Positions 1 to 13,079 are shown, numbered from the stretch's first letter. The stretch: 64,000 bases of DNA from Octopus vulgaris (GCA_951406725.2 OX597827.1:64976001-65040000); one strand, 5' to 3'. Made by a program: numbers and translations. The notes: generated by a model not told the origin, from the letters alone.

Positions 1-350
1 TCACAGTCTTCAAGTTTTAGCTCCTGCACGTAATGGGGTTTCCACGGACGGAAATTCAATTCTTTATGCAACACCGTACGTATTATGTGTCTTGTTAGTC
101 CAATTTCACGAGCTGCTTGACGTTTTGTTTCTTTTGTAGGCGGCGACTAAACATTTCCTGAACTGTTGCCACGTTCTCTGCTGATCAGGATGTGGTTGGA
201 CGGCCACTTCTTGCATCGTTCACAGAGCCCGTGGTCATAAGCTTTGCATGACAACATTTTATTGTTTCCAGACGTAATGTGACATGCTTACCTTTCCATG
301 CACGTCACCATCTCTGAACCAAAACAATGGAATTCCACACTTCATAGCGT
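1..350 (-). mobile_element. Decayed Tc1/mariner-superfamily (Tc3/DUF4817-like) transposase N-terminal fragment, running off the window edge
   Basis: Manual minus-strand translation gives TTGSVNDARSGRPTTS*SAENVATVQEMF and, after a frameshift, QAAREIGLTRHIIRTVLHKELNFRPWKPHYVQELKLEDC. These match the GRP linker, second HTH and P(Y/W)K..VQEL motifs of this family. Confidence 0.75.
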
Positions 351-1552
351 GCTGCAATCTTAGCTGGCTCCTAAACAGTGAAGCGATGGCCATCTGGAAA
401 ATAAGAAATAATAGATAAGACAATAAGAAAATAAGAAATCCCCATTAGTGTTGTCTGCTTGAAAAATGTTTTCGTCAAGACTTCAGCGATACTAAAAATT
501 CTATAAGTAATTTCTAATGCATATTTATTTTTCATCCACCCTATATATTTAAATTTAGTATAAAATACATATAAAACATGATACACTTAACATACCCGAT
601 TAGTCATGTGTAAAGTCATAGACAAGATGAATTTGGTATCTCAGAAAGTTAGTGAAGTTAATTCATGATAAAAAAACAAATAGCATTGTTAAGGTAAAAT
701 CATACATGATTCTTGGTAGAGACTGTTGTTTTATACAATCGAGAAGTTTACGTTATTAAATATAGTTTTTGGCATCTTGAATACAAAGGAAGAAAAAAAG
801 AACCTTTACACTTTGTTTAAGCAAATATTCGAATTACAAACTGATTGACTGCACAAATGACGCACGCAGTTGACATTATAAACAATGATACTTCAGAACA
901 TTACTCCTGTGATGTCTAGATGTTAAGTCCTACGTATAATGTATAGTACTATATATACTAAACAATCCTAGTTATTTCGGCATGTACAGAGGAGTGTATT
1001 AGATAATGTATAATAATCTGCGTAATTTGAAAGAGATTTAGTTACTGAGCGAAGTAAATAAGAGCAAAACCATAAAATTCTTCTTCGTTCACTAATGCAA
1101 AGGATCGCTTTGTTTAATACATCGTTGAATACGTTGGTGGTGACGTTCTCTGTATAATATTTTTAACAGCAGTAGTAAGAGAAGCAAGAACTGAAGAAGC
1201 TTCAGTAACTGTTGCTAGAGTGTAGTCTTCATAACAAATAACGGCGGCCATGTTGTTAATATTTGATGTTGGTTAAATGATGTTAGAAATGGAAGGGTTG
1301 TTGACTGAAAGAGTTAATGTAGTTTTAGTTTAGAAGTTTTGGTGCTTTGGGCTTCTCAAGGGGCGGTTTGGGGCGGTGTGGTAGAGATTCAGAACAGCAT
1401 TGGCGTGACTTCAAAGTGACATAATTGGCAGTGTAGTTCCATTCAAAGAAAAGAAAAGGTGATTTCTTCAGTACTGACTTCCAATTAGTTCCTTGCTTAC
1501 AATTTACCAGTGTATATCGACTTCTGCCTCTTCGAATATCATTTGTACGTAT

Positions 1553-2192
<640 letters not shown>

Positions 2193-2394
2193 ATTATCTA
2201 TATATCTATCTATCTTGTAATAATATCTATGTATGGACCCATTCGACTGTCTGTCTCTATTCCGTACCGTACGTCTGTCTGTCTTTTTGTCTTTATATAT
2301 GTCTATTCCTCTTCCTACCTATTTGCATGTCAATGAAAATATCTGTGTGCTTATATCACACAATCTACATACATAGGCGCATGGACCGACTCAC

Positions 2395-2440
<46 letters not shown>

Positions 2441-2809
2441 ACAAAATACATTCTACTCATTCTTCTTTGTAGTGTTGTAGTGGCTCCCTTGATATGTATA
2501 TATATATATATATATATTTGACATGTGTGTGTGTGCGTATCTGCATATTGGTCTCTAGTTGAATGTGACTCTTTCTATCTCTCAATTTATTGCCATCCAT
2601 ATATACCTAGGAATGTATGTGTGTCTGTGTGTCGCTATATGCATAAATACAGACAGACGCGCACGCACCCAAATATATATTCGTCTTTTTCCTAAACATG
2701 TATATGTTTATCTACCAATATATATATCTTCCTATCGTTCCCTTTGTCTATCTTCAGACCTATACATACATGTATATGCGTCTTTTGTATACGTATGTGT
2801 GTATCTACG

Positions 2810-3065
2810 TATGTATGTATGTATGTATGTATGTATGTATGTATGTATGTATGTATGTATGTATGTATGTTATGTATGTATGTATGCATGCATGTATGTT
2901 TGTACGCATGTATGCATGCATGCATGCATACATGCATGCATGTATGTATGTATGTATGTTAAGTATGTATGTATGCATGCATGCATGCATGTATGTATGT
3001 ATGTATGTTATGTATGTATGTATGTACGTATGTATGCATGCATGCATGTATGTGTGCATGTATGT
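2810..3065. repeat. (GTAT)n/(GCAT)n microsatellite
   Basis: Directly visible. Confidence 0.97.
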
Positions 3066-3558
3066 ATGTGTCTGTCTATCACTCTATCTCTCTTTCTCTC
3101 TCTCTCTCTCTCTATCTATCTAGCCACCCCACAACTTTTCTTCTCCTACTCTTCCCCCATTTTATTTGTCATATGATTTTCTTTTATCTCTCTTCTCCAC
3201 ACCCTCGTCTTTCTGCCTGTCCATCTCTCTCTCACGCCTTTTGTGTGCCTTTGTTTTACACAATGTATAATTCCTAAGACAAAGGAATTATATATATATG
3301 GTTCTTCAGAATATATGACAGACCTACTGATGATACCGCTCCTTCTCGTGTATATCATTTTCTCTTCAGCATGGTCGTTGTTTTGTTCAGCATCACTGTA
3401 ATTATGACCATCAACATCATGGCCACAGTTACCGTTGTCATGATAGTCATCATCATAACCGTCATCATCATTGTCACGGTCATCATCATCACTAAAATTA
3501 CTATTAGCATAGTGGTTGTTATAGCTACCTGCCACTATAAACATGAACAACTACGTCA

Positions 3559-3890
3559 GGAGGCGCAATGGCTCAGTGGTTAGGGCAACGGACTCGCGGT
3601 CGGAAGATCGCGGTTTCGATTCCAAGACCGGGCGTTGTGTGTGTTTATTGAGCGAAAACACCTAAAGCTCCTCGATGCTCCGGCAGGGGTTGGTGGCGAC
3701 CCCTGTTGTACTCTTTCGCTCCAACTTTCTCTCACTCTTTTTTCCTGTTTCTTGTCCCCAACGTCCTACGCAACCACTGAGACTTGATGCGCATTCATCC
3801 ATCCGTCGATGCTCTCGGTGTCGGAGGTTGACCTGCTTACTCTTCAGCGGGTCATACGAATAGCAAAGGACAACGTTTCGGACTTCTCCC
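3559..3890 (+). mobile_element. tRNA-derived SINE, family A
   Basis: A box TGGCTCAGTGG and B box GGTTTCGATTCC. The body (gagcgaaaacacctaaagctcc...caactttctctcactc) is shared with 7108-7408. Confidence 0.85.
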
Positions 3891-3911
3891 ACTCAACAAA
3901 CAGCAACGTCA

Positions 3912-4350
3912 ACAAAGGTCTTTGATAAGCACAAAAAAATATTTAAAAAATTGCTAATAGAAATCGGAAAGATATTGCGTCTCTAGACGGTCGCAATACC
4001 AGTGATTGTAGTAGCACTTAGAATGATTAAAAAAGGAGTTGAATATTATTTGATAATGATCCCTAGCTCAACAGCCATGCAAGAAGTACAAAAGATTGTC
4101 CTAACTGGTACTTCAAGCGTATTGAGAAGAGCATTGTCACTGTATATTTTTTTCTTCCCCCCCCCTTTATTTAACTTTTTGCGTTTTTATTCTTTTTCTT
4201 TTCCTCTCTGTCATTCTTTCTCTATCCCATGACTTTGTAAATTAACAATCTGGCGTGTTTATTTTAATGGCCTACCTATGTATCCAGTGAGTTTCTCTGC
4301 TCCAGGTGTCAGGAAGACACTCGGGGAGAAATAGAAACAAAATTGAAAGA
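3912..4350 (+). mobile_element. 5'-truncated R4/Dong-like non-LTR retrotransposon: C-terminus of the restriction-like endonuclease ORF plus 3' UTR
   Basis: Translation KLLIEIGKILRL*TVAIPVIVVALRMIKKGVEYYLIMIPSSTAMQEVQKIVLTGTSSVLRRALS fits the L.IEI...W...PVIVGALG.I.K...QK..L.GT..ILRR.L terminus of R4-clade ORFs. It ends in GAT/AAT repeats. Confidence 0.75.
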
Positions 4351-4394
4351 TGATAATGATGACAATAGTAATTAATAATGGTAATAATAATAAG

Positions 4395-4921
4395 ATGCTC
4401 TGATGCAGTACCAGGCAGTAGCTCTCATGGCTTCTGATCTTAACTGATTGGAAGTGTACATTGTTTTGACTTGGTATAAAAGATGGGCTACAGCAAATAT
4501 TCTGTTCAATACCACAGATTTGCCTGTCAGTTGCTGTCACTTGGTGGCTGACGATATGTGCATCTCTGATCACGAGTAGAAGTAGTGGGGGAGCATGATA
4601 GCTATGTGTTGAGAGGAAATCTTTGGGATTTGCATAATTCCCCTCAGGAACCATGGGTGTTTTGTTCATCATCCTTAAACAACCCTTATTCAGGGACCTT
4701 TTGAACGGGATGGGCCACTCGACAAAAATAAAATTTTAACTGGGCCCCACCTGCAAGGTCATGCGCTGTCTATCTTGATACAAAGTCACTATGTCACATA
4801 CATATGGTTGTCATGCATGTTCCTGGTGTAGCCTTATCAGACAGGTAGTCATTATGGGTATACTGAGCTTCGTATATTTTACCCCAGTGTCACTTTGATG
4901 GCATGCACTGCTCTCTCACTC
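4395..4921. mobile_element. ~530-bp non-coding interspersed repeat flanked on both sides by (AAT)n
   Basis: Near-full copy at 61701-62176 and partial inverted copy at 40548-40663. Confidence 0.85.
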
Positions 4922-4994
4922 AATAATAATAATAATAATAATGATAATAATAATAATAATAATAACAACAACAACAACAATAATAATAATGATT

Positions 4995-5358
4995 TTAAGC
5001 CTTGTCAAAATACCAACTATTTCGGAGGAAGTGTAAGTGGTTACATTGACCCTAATGCTCAATTGGTACTTACTTTATCGACCCAGAGAGTATGAAAGGC
5101 AAAGTCGACCCCGGCGGAATTTGAACTGAGAACATAACGATGGACGAAATACCTATTTCTTTATTACCCACAAGGGGCTAAACATAGAGGGGACAAACAA
5201 GGACGGACATAGGTATTAAGTCGATTACATCGACCCCAGTACGTAACTGGTACTTATTTAATCGACCCCGGAAGGATGAAAGGCAAAGTCGACCTCGGCG
5301 GAAATACCGTTCAGCATTTCGCCGGATATGCTAACGATTCTGACAGCTCGCCGCCTTA
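4995..5358 (-). mobile_element. Tandem tRNA-derived SINE (family T), two units
   Basis: Head ggcggcgagctg, B-box-like sequence and central cctttcatcc.tccggggtcgat..ataagtaccag domain, repeated throughout the window. Confidence 0.9.
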
Positions 5359-6567
5359 AATGATGCTAATAATAATGGTTTCTGATTTAATCGCAAGATC
5401 GGTATTTTTGTGCGGAGCGTTTTGTCGATGACATTGCTCCCACTGTTTCACTGGTACTTTATATTCTCTGTCCCGTAACATCAAAACTATGTTGACTCTG
5501 TTTGAACTCAGAATGTAAAGAACAGCTAAATATTATTTTAGAGTTCCTAATGTTTCTCTCAATCTACCGCTTTAATAATAGTAATAATAAATATGGATGT
5601 ACCATATATGACAGGGGAGTTGTTTACATTAAACGTAGGCAAGCTTTTTCTCGACAAACGATGATCGCAAAGCGAATTGTTTAGATATAATCGCCAGAGA
5701 TGTACCGTGGATAATTGTGCTTTGCGGGGCATCACAATACACTCCTATTCTATAGAAAGCAAGAATCTATCATGGTAAAAGCCATATTCAAATAGAGGTA
5801 TGTTTTATATAGGATATGATAAAAACAAATCACTTAGAATGATAAACGGAAGATAAGGTAATATGAATAAAATGGAAATAAATATAACAACACATCACAT
5901 GACAAGGGATGGTGACAGAGAAAGTAAGGTTGAAAAAGAACGAAAAAATTGTGTGTGTGTGTGCTTTTGTGCATAGACACACACGCTTGAGCTTCTGATT
6001 TACAATAAACAATGTCACACACACATACACTTGTGAAAATGGAAGGAAGGTAGATAAAATTTGTTGCACCCCAAACTTTATTTATTATTAATGAATTTAA
6101 AATGGAGTTATAAGACGGTTTCTATCAGCAGTAATTTTTAAAGAACCATAAATAGTGAATCGTACATTATTGATATTTTTTTAGCCTGTTCAGTATAGTT
6201 TGTATTTCTTAATAAACATTTTTTTTTTAGTTATTCGTGTTTTCACATTGATAAAGTAGACAGATTAGGTATTTGGGAGTTTTAGTTGTTGCGGCTATGT
6301 GTGATTTTTCTATTCCTGACAACTCGTATTTTTTTTTTGTCTGAAAGATTTGTATTTTTTGCTTAATCTAACGCCGCTGCTCACGCGCAAGCGCAATGCA
6401 GTGCTTTCTCTGTCACTATTTTCTCTGACACCCAGTTCTTCTCTTTTTATTAATATTTGCTCTTTAATTACACTATATTGAAAAAGATGTAAACATTTAC
6501 AGGCAAATTAATAAAATATATATATACAATATAAATATGTATTCATATATATATATATATATATATA

Positions 6568-6602
<35 letters not shown>

Positions 6603-6660
6603 ATATATGTTTATATGTATATATATATATATATATATAATAATAAATATTAGGGATTTG

Positions 6661-6718
6661 TATTGGCTTAAGTTTTTCATTGTTTGATTTGCCTAATAGT
6701 GGTTTTGTCTCTAATTTA

Positions 6719-6725
<7 letters not shown>
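6661..6725 (-). repeat. Terminal fragment of a (TA)n-inserted element, inverted copy of 58348-58413
   Basis: tgtattggcttaagtttttcattgtttgatttgcctaatagtggttttgtctctaatttaatata is nearly the exact reverse complement of 58348-58413. Confidence 0.85.
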
Positions 6726-6768
<43 letters not shown>

Positions 6769-6791
6769 CTAAGGCAGCACATGAGATCCTA

Positions 6792-7058
6792 CATCGCTAC
6801 AAATTGAAGTAAAAAATACTACTGTGCCAGAGAATAGTCAAAAACCTATTACAGGCATGGCAGAAAAAATTCCAGGGAACATAAAAACTTCTTACCTCTG
6901 CTAGGTCAGCACAAGCTATACTGGTCAACATAGAACCGGTTTCGAAATTAGCTCCAAATAGGTACATGTTTCTCTTTAGCCAAAGTCTACAATGCCTGTA
7001 GTAGATTTGTTATTATTCTGTGGGACGTAAGTATTTTTGACTTCTACTTTTAGTGGTG
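6792..7058. mobile_element. Inverted-repeat element between (TA)n tracts with a decayed hammerhead-like motif
   Basis: Imperfect ~65-bp arms at 6792-6858 and 6992-7058. The minus strand reads CTAAAGAG...TTC-GAAACCGGTT. Confidence 0.6.
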
Positions 7059-7107
7059 TCTTCGTGTATATACTGTATATATATATGTATATATAATATA
7101 CTTATGT

Positions 7108-7408
7108 GGAGGCACATGGCGTAGTGGCTAGTGTAGCTTACTCGCGGTCGAGGGATCGCGGATTCGTATATAATATCAGACGATATGTGTGTTTATGAGC
7201 GAAACACCTAAGCTCCATGCGGCTCCGGCAGATGGTAAGTGCGAACTTCTGCTGACTCTTTCGCCACAACTTTCTCTCACTCTTTCCTCCTGCATCTTGC
7301 AGCTCACCTGCGCCAGACCGGCTGTTCCGTCCAGGTGGGGAACCTATACGCCAAGGAAACCGGGAAACCGGCCCTTACGAGCCTGGCGTGGCTCGAGAAA
7401 GAACAAAC
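7108..7408 (+). mobile_element. tRNA-derived SINE, family A-related
   Basis: A box TGGCGTAGTGG; 5' half homologous to 3559-3890; different 3' half (ccaggtggggaacc...ggaaaccggg). Confidence 0.8.
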
Positions 7409-8112
7409 ATAATATACTTATATCTATTTATATATATTGATAATATATATATATATATATATATGTATATTATATACATATTATATTATTATATATATAA
7501 TATGTATATATTCTTTACACACTTATATACATATCTAAGCAAGCGTACGTATATACAAACGTACATAAATATGCACATATTTCCATATAATCGTGTTTAC
7601 ACATAAAAGGAACAAACCTTACACATCGTATCACATAAGATCGATGTAAATATTTGAAACACATTGGTAATGTGCATTGGAATAAATATTTGAATATTCT
7701 TGCCTCTATATGTTTTCTCTCTTTGTGTGTATTTAGGCGGAAATACAAAGAAGAATATAAGGAAGGAACAAAATAGTTTATATGAAATGACGGTAGTTGC
7801 TATTGAACTTAGCGTAAATTGACAAAAAGAAAAATATATAAATGTATTGCCAGTCCAGCAATTCAATAAGGAGAGACACAGTTGTCACAAAGGGAAACTG
7901 TGAATAAAATATTGAAAGAAAACGACTAACGGACAAGAGGAAAATAATAGAAGAGTAAAACAGAATAATATAATATAATATAAAATGTATGATAAAAGGC
8001 AAAATGACAGACAAAATAACAATTTGTCAGTAATGCGAACATGTGAATTTGATTGGATAAAGAATAAAAATATTATTATCGTAATAACATTGACTATATA
8101 CACACACATATA

Positions 8113-8143
<31 letters not shown>

Positions 8144-8158
8144 ATGTATATATAAATA

Positions 8159-8244
<86 letters not shown>

Positions 8245-8312
8245 GTATATATATATATGTATATATACCTATTTATATGTATATATATATATACCTATAT
8301 ATCTATATATGC

Positions 8313-8358
<46 letters not shown>

Positions 8359-8499
8359 ACATATATATATGTTTGTGTATATGTTTATATATATATATAA
8401 ATTTGTACAGACGCACAAACACATCTATGTGTATAGACTTTCATACTTACATACATACATACATACATAAATAAATACATACATACATACATACATACA

Positions 8500-8535
<36 letters not shown>

Positions 8536-8537
8536 TA

Positions 8538-8575
<38 letters not shown>

Positions 8576-8759
8576 ATTAAGTTTACAGAAAAGTAATGTC
8601 ACTTTTCATGTCATTCATGTCATGAGTTCAAATCCACATAAGACATATCGCTAACATGTTTTCTCATTCAAAATGTAGTCGCCGCCATTAGCTGTAACAT
8701 TTTCACCTCCTCGACAAAACATTTCTTCTGTAGGTAATATATATATATATATAAATATG

Positions 8760-8877
8760 ACGGTATTCATTCAGTTTCCGTCTACCATTTAAACTCAGAA
8801 TGTTCTGGTCGGCCAGAAGATTTTGAAGACACTTGCCCACGATGCCACGCAGTGGGGATAACGTCGGAGCGCAAAAT
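8760..8877 (-). mobile_element. Decayed fragment of the CORE-like SINE (family C)
   Basis: cagtttccgtctacca...gaagacacttgccca...gccacgcagtggg is the reverse complement of the 10942/44328 body. Confidence 0.75.
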
Positions 8878-8936
<59 letters not shown>

Positions 8937-9439
8937 TGCACATACTTAGAAAGTCACTTACGCACGACAGCCTCACATACATATACACATGTCCATATGC
9001 ATATCCACACACATGCACACAAATACACAAAACACTCATCGCTCTACTCAACGAACACACTGTTACTCTCAAACATACACACACACTCCCATACACGCAG
9101 GCCCATGCATTTGCTCATACATACACACATACACACATATGATAACAACGTACATATGTACAGAGGTCCATAAGCACACACATGTACACACCGGTACTTG
9201 AAATGCACATCACTCCTCAAAACGAACACACCAAGTTACTTATACACATACACACAAAAGTCCACAATATTTTAATTCCGACCACTCATATGTTCACAGA
9301 TACACATTCAAACACCATTCTGACACGCAGACACGCGCTTGTGCACCCTAGTTCGACCGCTTCATGGTTATTATCTCCCTTGCATCCAGCCTCTTTCTTT
9401 CTCGTCATTTTATCATATTGAAACATCATCCTCTACAAA

Positions 9440-9570
9440 TTTTTTTCTCGCTCCCTTTTGGTCCCTCTCGATCCTTTCTGCCGAAGAGAATAGGAGTGAA
9501 GCGTCAAAGACTTTTCCATTCTTCCCGAGCGTTAAACTAATCCACCTACTTGTTGTTCCTTCGTCTATTA
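9440..9570 (+). mobile_element. Short repeat family H2 with a decayed hammerhead-like motif
   Basis: cttt-CTGCCGA-AGAG..GTC-aaagac...cttcccgagcgttaaactaat is shared with 51000-51158 and 62595-62730. Confidence 0.65.
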
Positions 9571-9681
9571 CTATTTCTCATAACCATAACAGGTAAATGC
9601 ATTTATGTCTGCTTGGTGTATTACCCTGTATGTTTCTGTATATTATGTACGGATTTTTCTTCTCATCCTTACTGTCTTTAG

Positions 9682-9978
9682 TCATGTGGTCTGGTAGTGG
9701 GTGTTCCTGTTCCAGTAATGATTTCTATTGAGACTCGGTCTATCTACTGCTATGTGTGTAGCTCTAAGTGTCATGTCTGTTCTATGTGTCGATAATACTT
9801 TAACCTTTATGCTATTAATCGAGCCTCCATGTTCTGCCTGAGCATGTTTGTAGAACACGGACGAGCTTTTCCCTTCTTTGAGTTCTCGCCAGTGACCCAC
9901 ATATACGGTCTCCTATGCTGCGTGCAGTTTCTCCAATGTAGGTAGTTGTCATGTTTCTGCACTGTCCCTCCGTACACA
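9682..9978 (-). pseudogene. Penelope-like element GIY-YIG endonuclease remnant (frameshifted)
   Basis: CTEGQC..TTYIGETARSIGDR, then after a frameshift GHWRELKEGKSSSVFYKHAQAEHGG..KVLS..LR..RPSLN. This shows the YIGET motif, catalytic R, CC-HH zinc residues and terminal P.LN motif. Confidence 0.85.
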
Positions 9979-10249
9979 TATATATATATATATATATATA
10001 AATATATATATGCATGTGATTTTATTTTTCATTTACCCTAATGGTGGTTTGAATTTTGGCTATTCCTTCTAGCGTGCCTGGTATCCTATGATGGCTACCT
10101 CTTATGTGTTTAAATGTACACTGTATTTATATGAAGAATATATAGTCTATTGACCAATTTTTCTACACGGTAGGTCACTGGTAGTAAACATTTAAAAATG
10201 TTTTTCTTACCCTGGTATTATTAATTATGTATGTATGAATGTATGTATG

Positions 10250-10312
<63 letters not shown>

Positions 10313-10941
10313 GATAAGGGATTATGCTGCGTGAATTCTGAAAACAGTAGCATTAGTGAAGATCGTTCACTTTTGTCAATCGACCCCCTCGGTCTATTGA
10401 TTTAATAGATGTATGAACGCATGAAATGTATACCAGAAACAGCTGCAAGTCTATGCAGAAACAAATAAATTTTAGTACCTGCATGGCTTTTCATGGGCAA
10501 AGCTGATGAGGGACCGGCTCTAGCATTGCTGCCTTTCCACACATACACACACATATATATAAGTACACAGATCTAGAAATACAAACATGATTAAACACAT
10601 ACATATTCACGCACCAACACACATCCACACACCCGGCCACTCCCACACACACACATGCACATAGATGTATATGTTGCTTAATAATAGAGAATCATGTGAG
10701 AAAATTCAATAAAAGTTAAAGTGGCAGTTTGTACGTATTTAAAATAGTGAGTTTGACAGTTACCAGAATAATATTGTTTCTCTTTCAATAGACTATTTCA
10801 GATCAAGTTGCTTTCTGAAAACATAAAAAACACCCACCACCTCTCTTTCTTCCCTGCCCCTCTCTCTCTCCTTCCCTCCACTCACTCACTCACTCACTCA
10901 CTCACTCACTAACACACAAGATATATATATATAATATATAA

Positions 10942-11102
10942 GGCGTAGGAGTGGCTGTGTGGTAAGTAGCTTGATTACGAACACTTGGTTCTGTGTTCTG
11001 TCGCACTGCGTGGCACCTTGGGCAAGTGTCTTCAACTATAGCCACAGGACGATCAAAGTCTTGTGAGTGGATTTGGTAGGCGGAAACTGAAAAAGCCCGT
11101 CG

Positions 11103-11162
<60 letters not shown>

Positions 11163-11365
11163 TGTGTATACGTTTGTGTGTCTGTGTTTATCCTCCCAAC
11201 ATCGCTTGACAACCGATGGTGGTGTGTTTACCTCCCCGTAACTTAGCGGTTCGGCAAAAGAAACCGATAGAATAAGTACTAGGCTTACAAAGAATAAGTC
11301 CTGGGTTCGATTTGCTCGACTAAAGGCGGAGCTCCAGCAGTCAAATGACTGAAACAAGTAAAAGA
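10942..11365 (+). mobile_element. Full-length tRNA-derived SINE with CORE-like domain and internal (TA)/(TG) tract (family C)
   Basis: A box TGGCTGTGTGG, caccttgggcaagtgtctt motif and tail ctccagca...gtcaaatgactgaaacaagtaaaaga. Second full copy at 44328-44750. Confidence 0.9.
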
Positions 11366-11509
11366 GTATATATATATATGTATCTGTATATATGTATGTA
11401 CATGTATACAAATACACACGTATACATATATGCACATACGTATGTACATATAAAAAACGCATATAAAAAACACCAATGCATAAATTGTGTGTTACGCGCA
11501 TGGTTTTTC

Positions 11510-11710
11510 TCTTTTATTCTTTCACTTGTTACTGTGGCCATGCTGGAGCACCGTCATGAGCAATTTTTGTCGAGCATATCAACCCCAGGATTTATATTCT
11601 TCAAAGCCTAGTACGTATTCTGTCGGTCTGTTTTGGCACAAAAACTGGGTTAAGTGGACGTAAACATAAAAACGACGGTTGTCAAGGTGTGTATGGGGAG
11701 ACAAACACGG
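11510..11710 (-). mobile_element. 3' portion of a family C-related SINE, inverted
   Basis: ctgtggccatgctggagcacc...aagcctagtac.tattct.tcggt...ggttgtcaag is the reverse complement of the family C tail. Confidence 0.8.
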
Positions 11711-11869
11711 ACGTAAATGCACATGTGTGCACACAAACACACACAGATACGCACACACACACACAGATACGCACACACGCGCGCACTCGCATATTCTATA
11801 TATTCGTAAAGCATGAAGTACTAAATTTGAAGAAGTCCAATTTTTTTCCAACCAAATTAGAAGATAAAC

Positions 11870-11947
<78 letters not shown>

Positions 11948-12102
11948 GACACACACTTATATTTGTATGTATATTGTTATCAATTGTTAGGACGGTTACA
12001 AAAGTTATTCAAAAAGCGAGATGCTTCTGCAAGGCATTTAGGTGTGTCTATCTTTCTATCTCTTTGTGGCTCTATGGATATATATGTATGTGCATATATA
12101 TG

Positions 12103-12198
<96 letters not shown>

Positions 12199-12637
12199 CA
12201 TATATATACACCCACGCACACACACACATATATATATATAAATATGAATGTATATAAATATATGTGTGTGTGTGTGTGTGTTCTGTATGTGTGCGCGCGT
12301 GATTCGTGAGCGAGAGAAAGGGCGGGAAAGTGGAGAAGTATCACTGAGAGAGACAAGGAGAAAAAATTGCAAGCCTCCTAGGAAATAAATTCTATAGACC
12401 TGGATTTGTAAAATATTGAGGGAACACGATTTATTCCATTTTTACCTACAAAATACAATTTTTTTTTTATTTCTTCTTAAAACGGAGACTTAATAGAAAA
12501 ACCATAATGGCTTCACAGCATAAATAGCAAAGTAAATTTTCAATTTGCCTGAAGGCCATACGCATGCACACACACACTCACTCACACATACACGAACATT
12601 CAAACACACACACATATATATATACTTACATGCAGAG

Positions 12638-12686
<49 letters not shown>

Positions 12687-12830
12687 TGAGTGTATTTTTA
12701 CCTTGTTAACAATTAACACGGAAAAAAAAAATAGTTACCAGGGCAGCAAAAATCTCACAAGTAAAGGTGCTGTAACACCTTGTTTATAAAGGTAGAAACT
12801 TCGTCTTTACGTTGAATATTTTGAATAATA

Positions 12831-13018
12831 TGAATAAAAAAATGGAGTTAACGCAGGTGTAATCAAATATTTTTACTTTCGACACATGTTTCGAAAATTC
12901 CACTGATACTATTCAAAAGAATAAATGGTATAAACAATGCAATCTTCTCCTCAGGAAAGTGAAAAAAACGAAACTCGCCAATAAGACGTTTTAGCAACCT
13001 GCGTTAACTCCATTTTTA

Positions 13019-13022
<4 letters not shown>
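12831..13022. mobile_element. Mini element with ~27-bp inverted ends enclosing a hammerhead (Penelope-derived)
   Basis: tgaataaaaaaatggagttaacgcaggt (12831-12858) versus acctgcgttaactccatttttattca (12997-13022), abutting (TA)n. Confidence 0.8.
12875..12960 (-). ncRNA. Type I hammerhead ribozyme, complete core
   Basis: ACUUUC-CUGAGGA-GAAGAUU[loop]AAUUUUC-GAAAC-AUGU-GUC-GAAAGU: 6-bp stem I, 7-bp stem II, palindromic ACAUGU in stem III, GUC cleavage site. Confidence 0.9.

Positions 13023-13079
<57 letters not shown>

Noticed and set aside
3559-3635. tRNA gene (also 46390-46460)
   Set aside because: A/B boxes run into multi-copy SINE bodies, with no complete acceptor stem or terminator.
10500-10540. 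CUGAUGA hammerhead candidate (also 40420-40435 and ~48230 on the minus strand)
   Set aside because: No correctly placed GAAA and stem III downstream.
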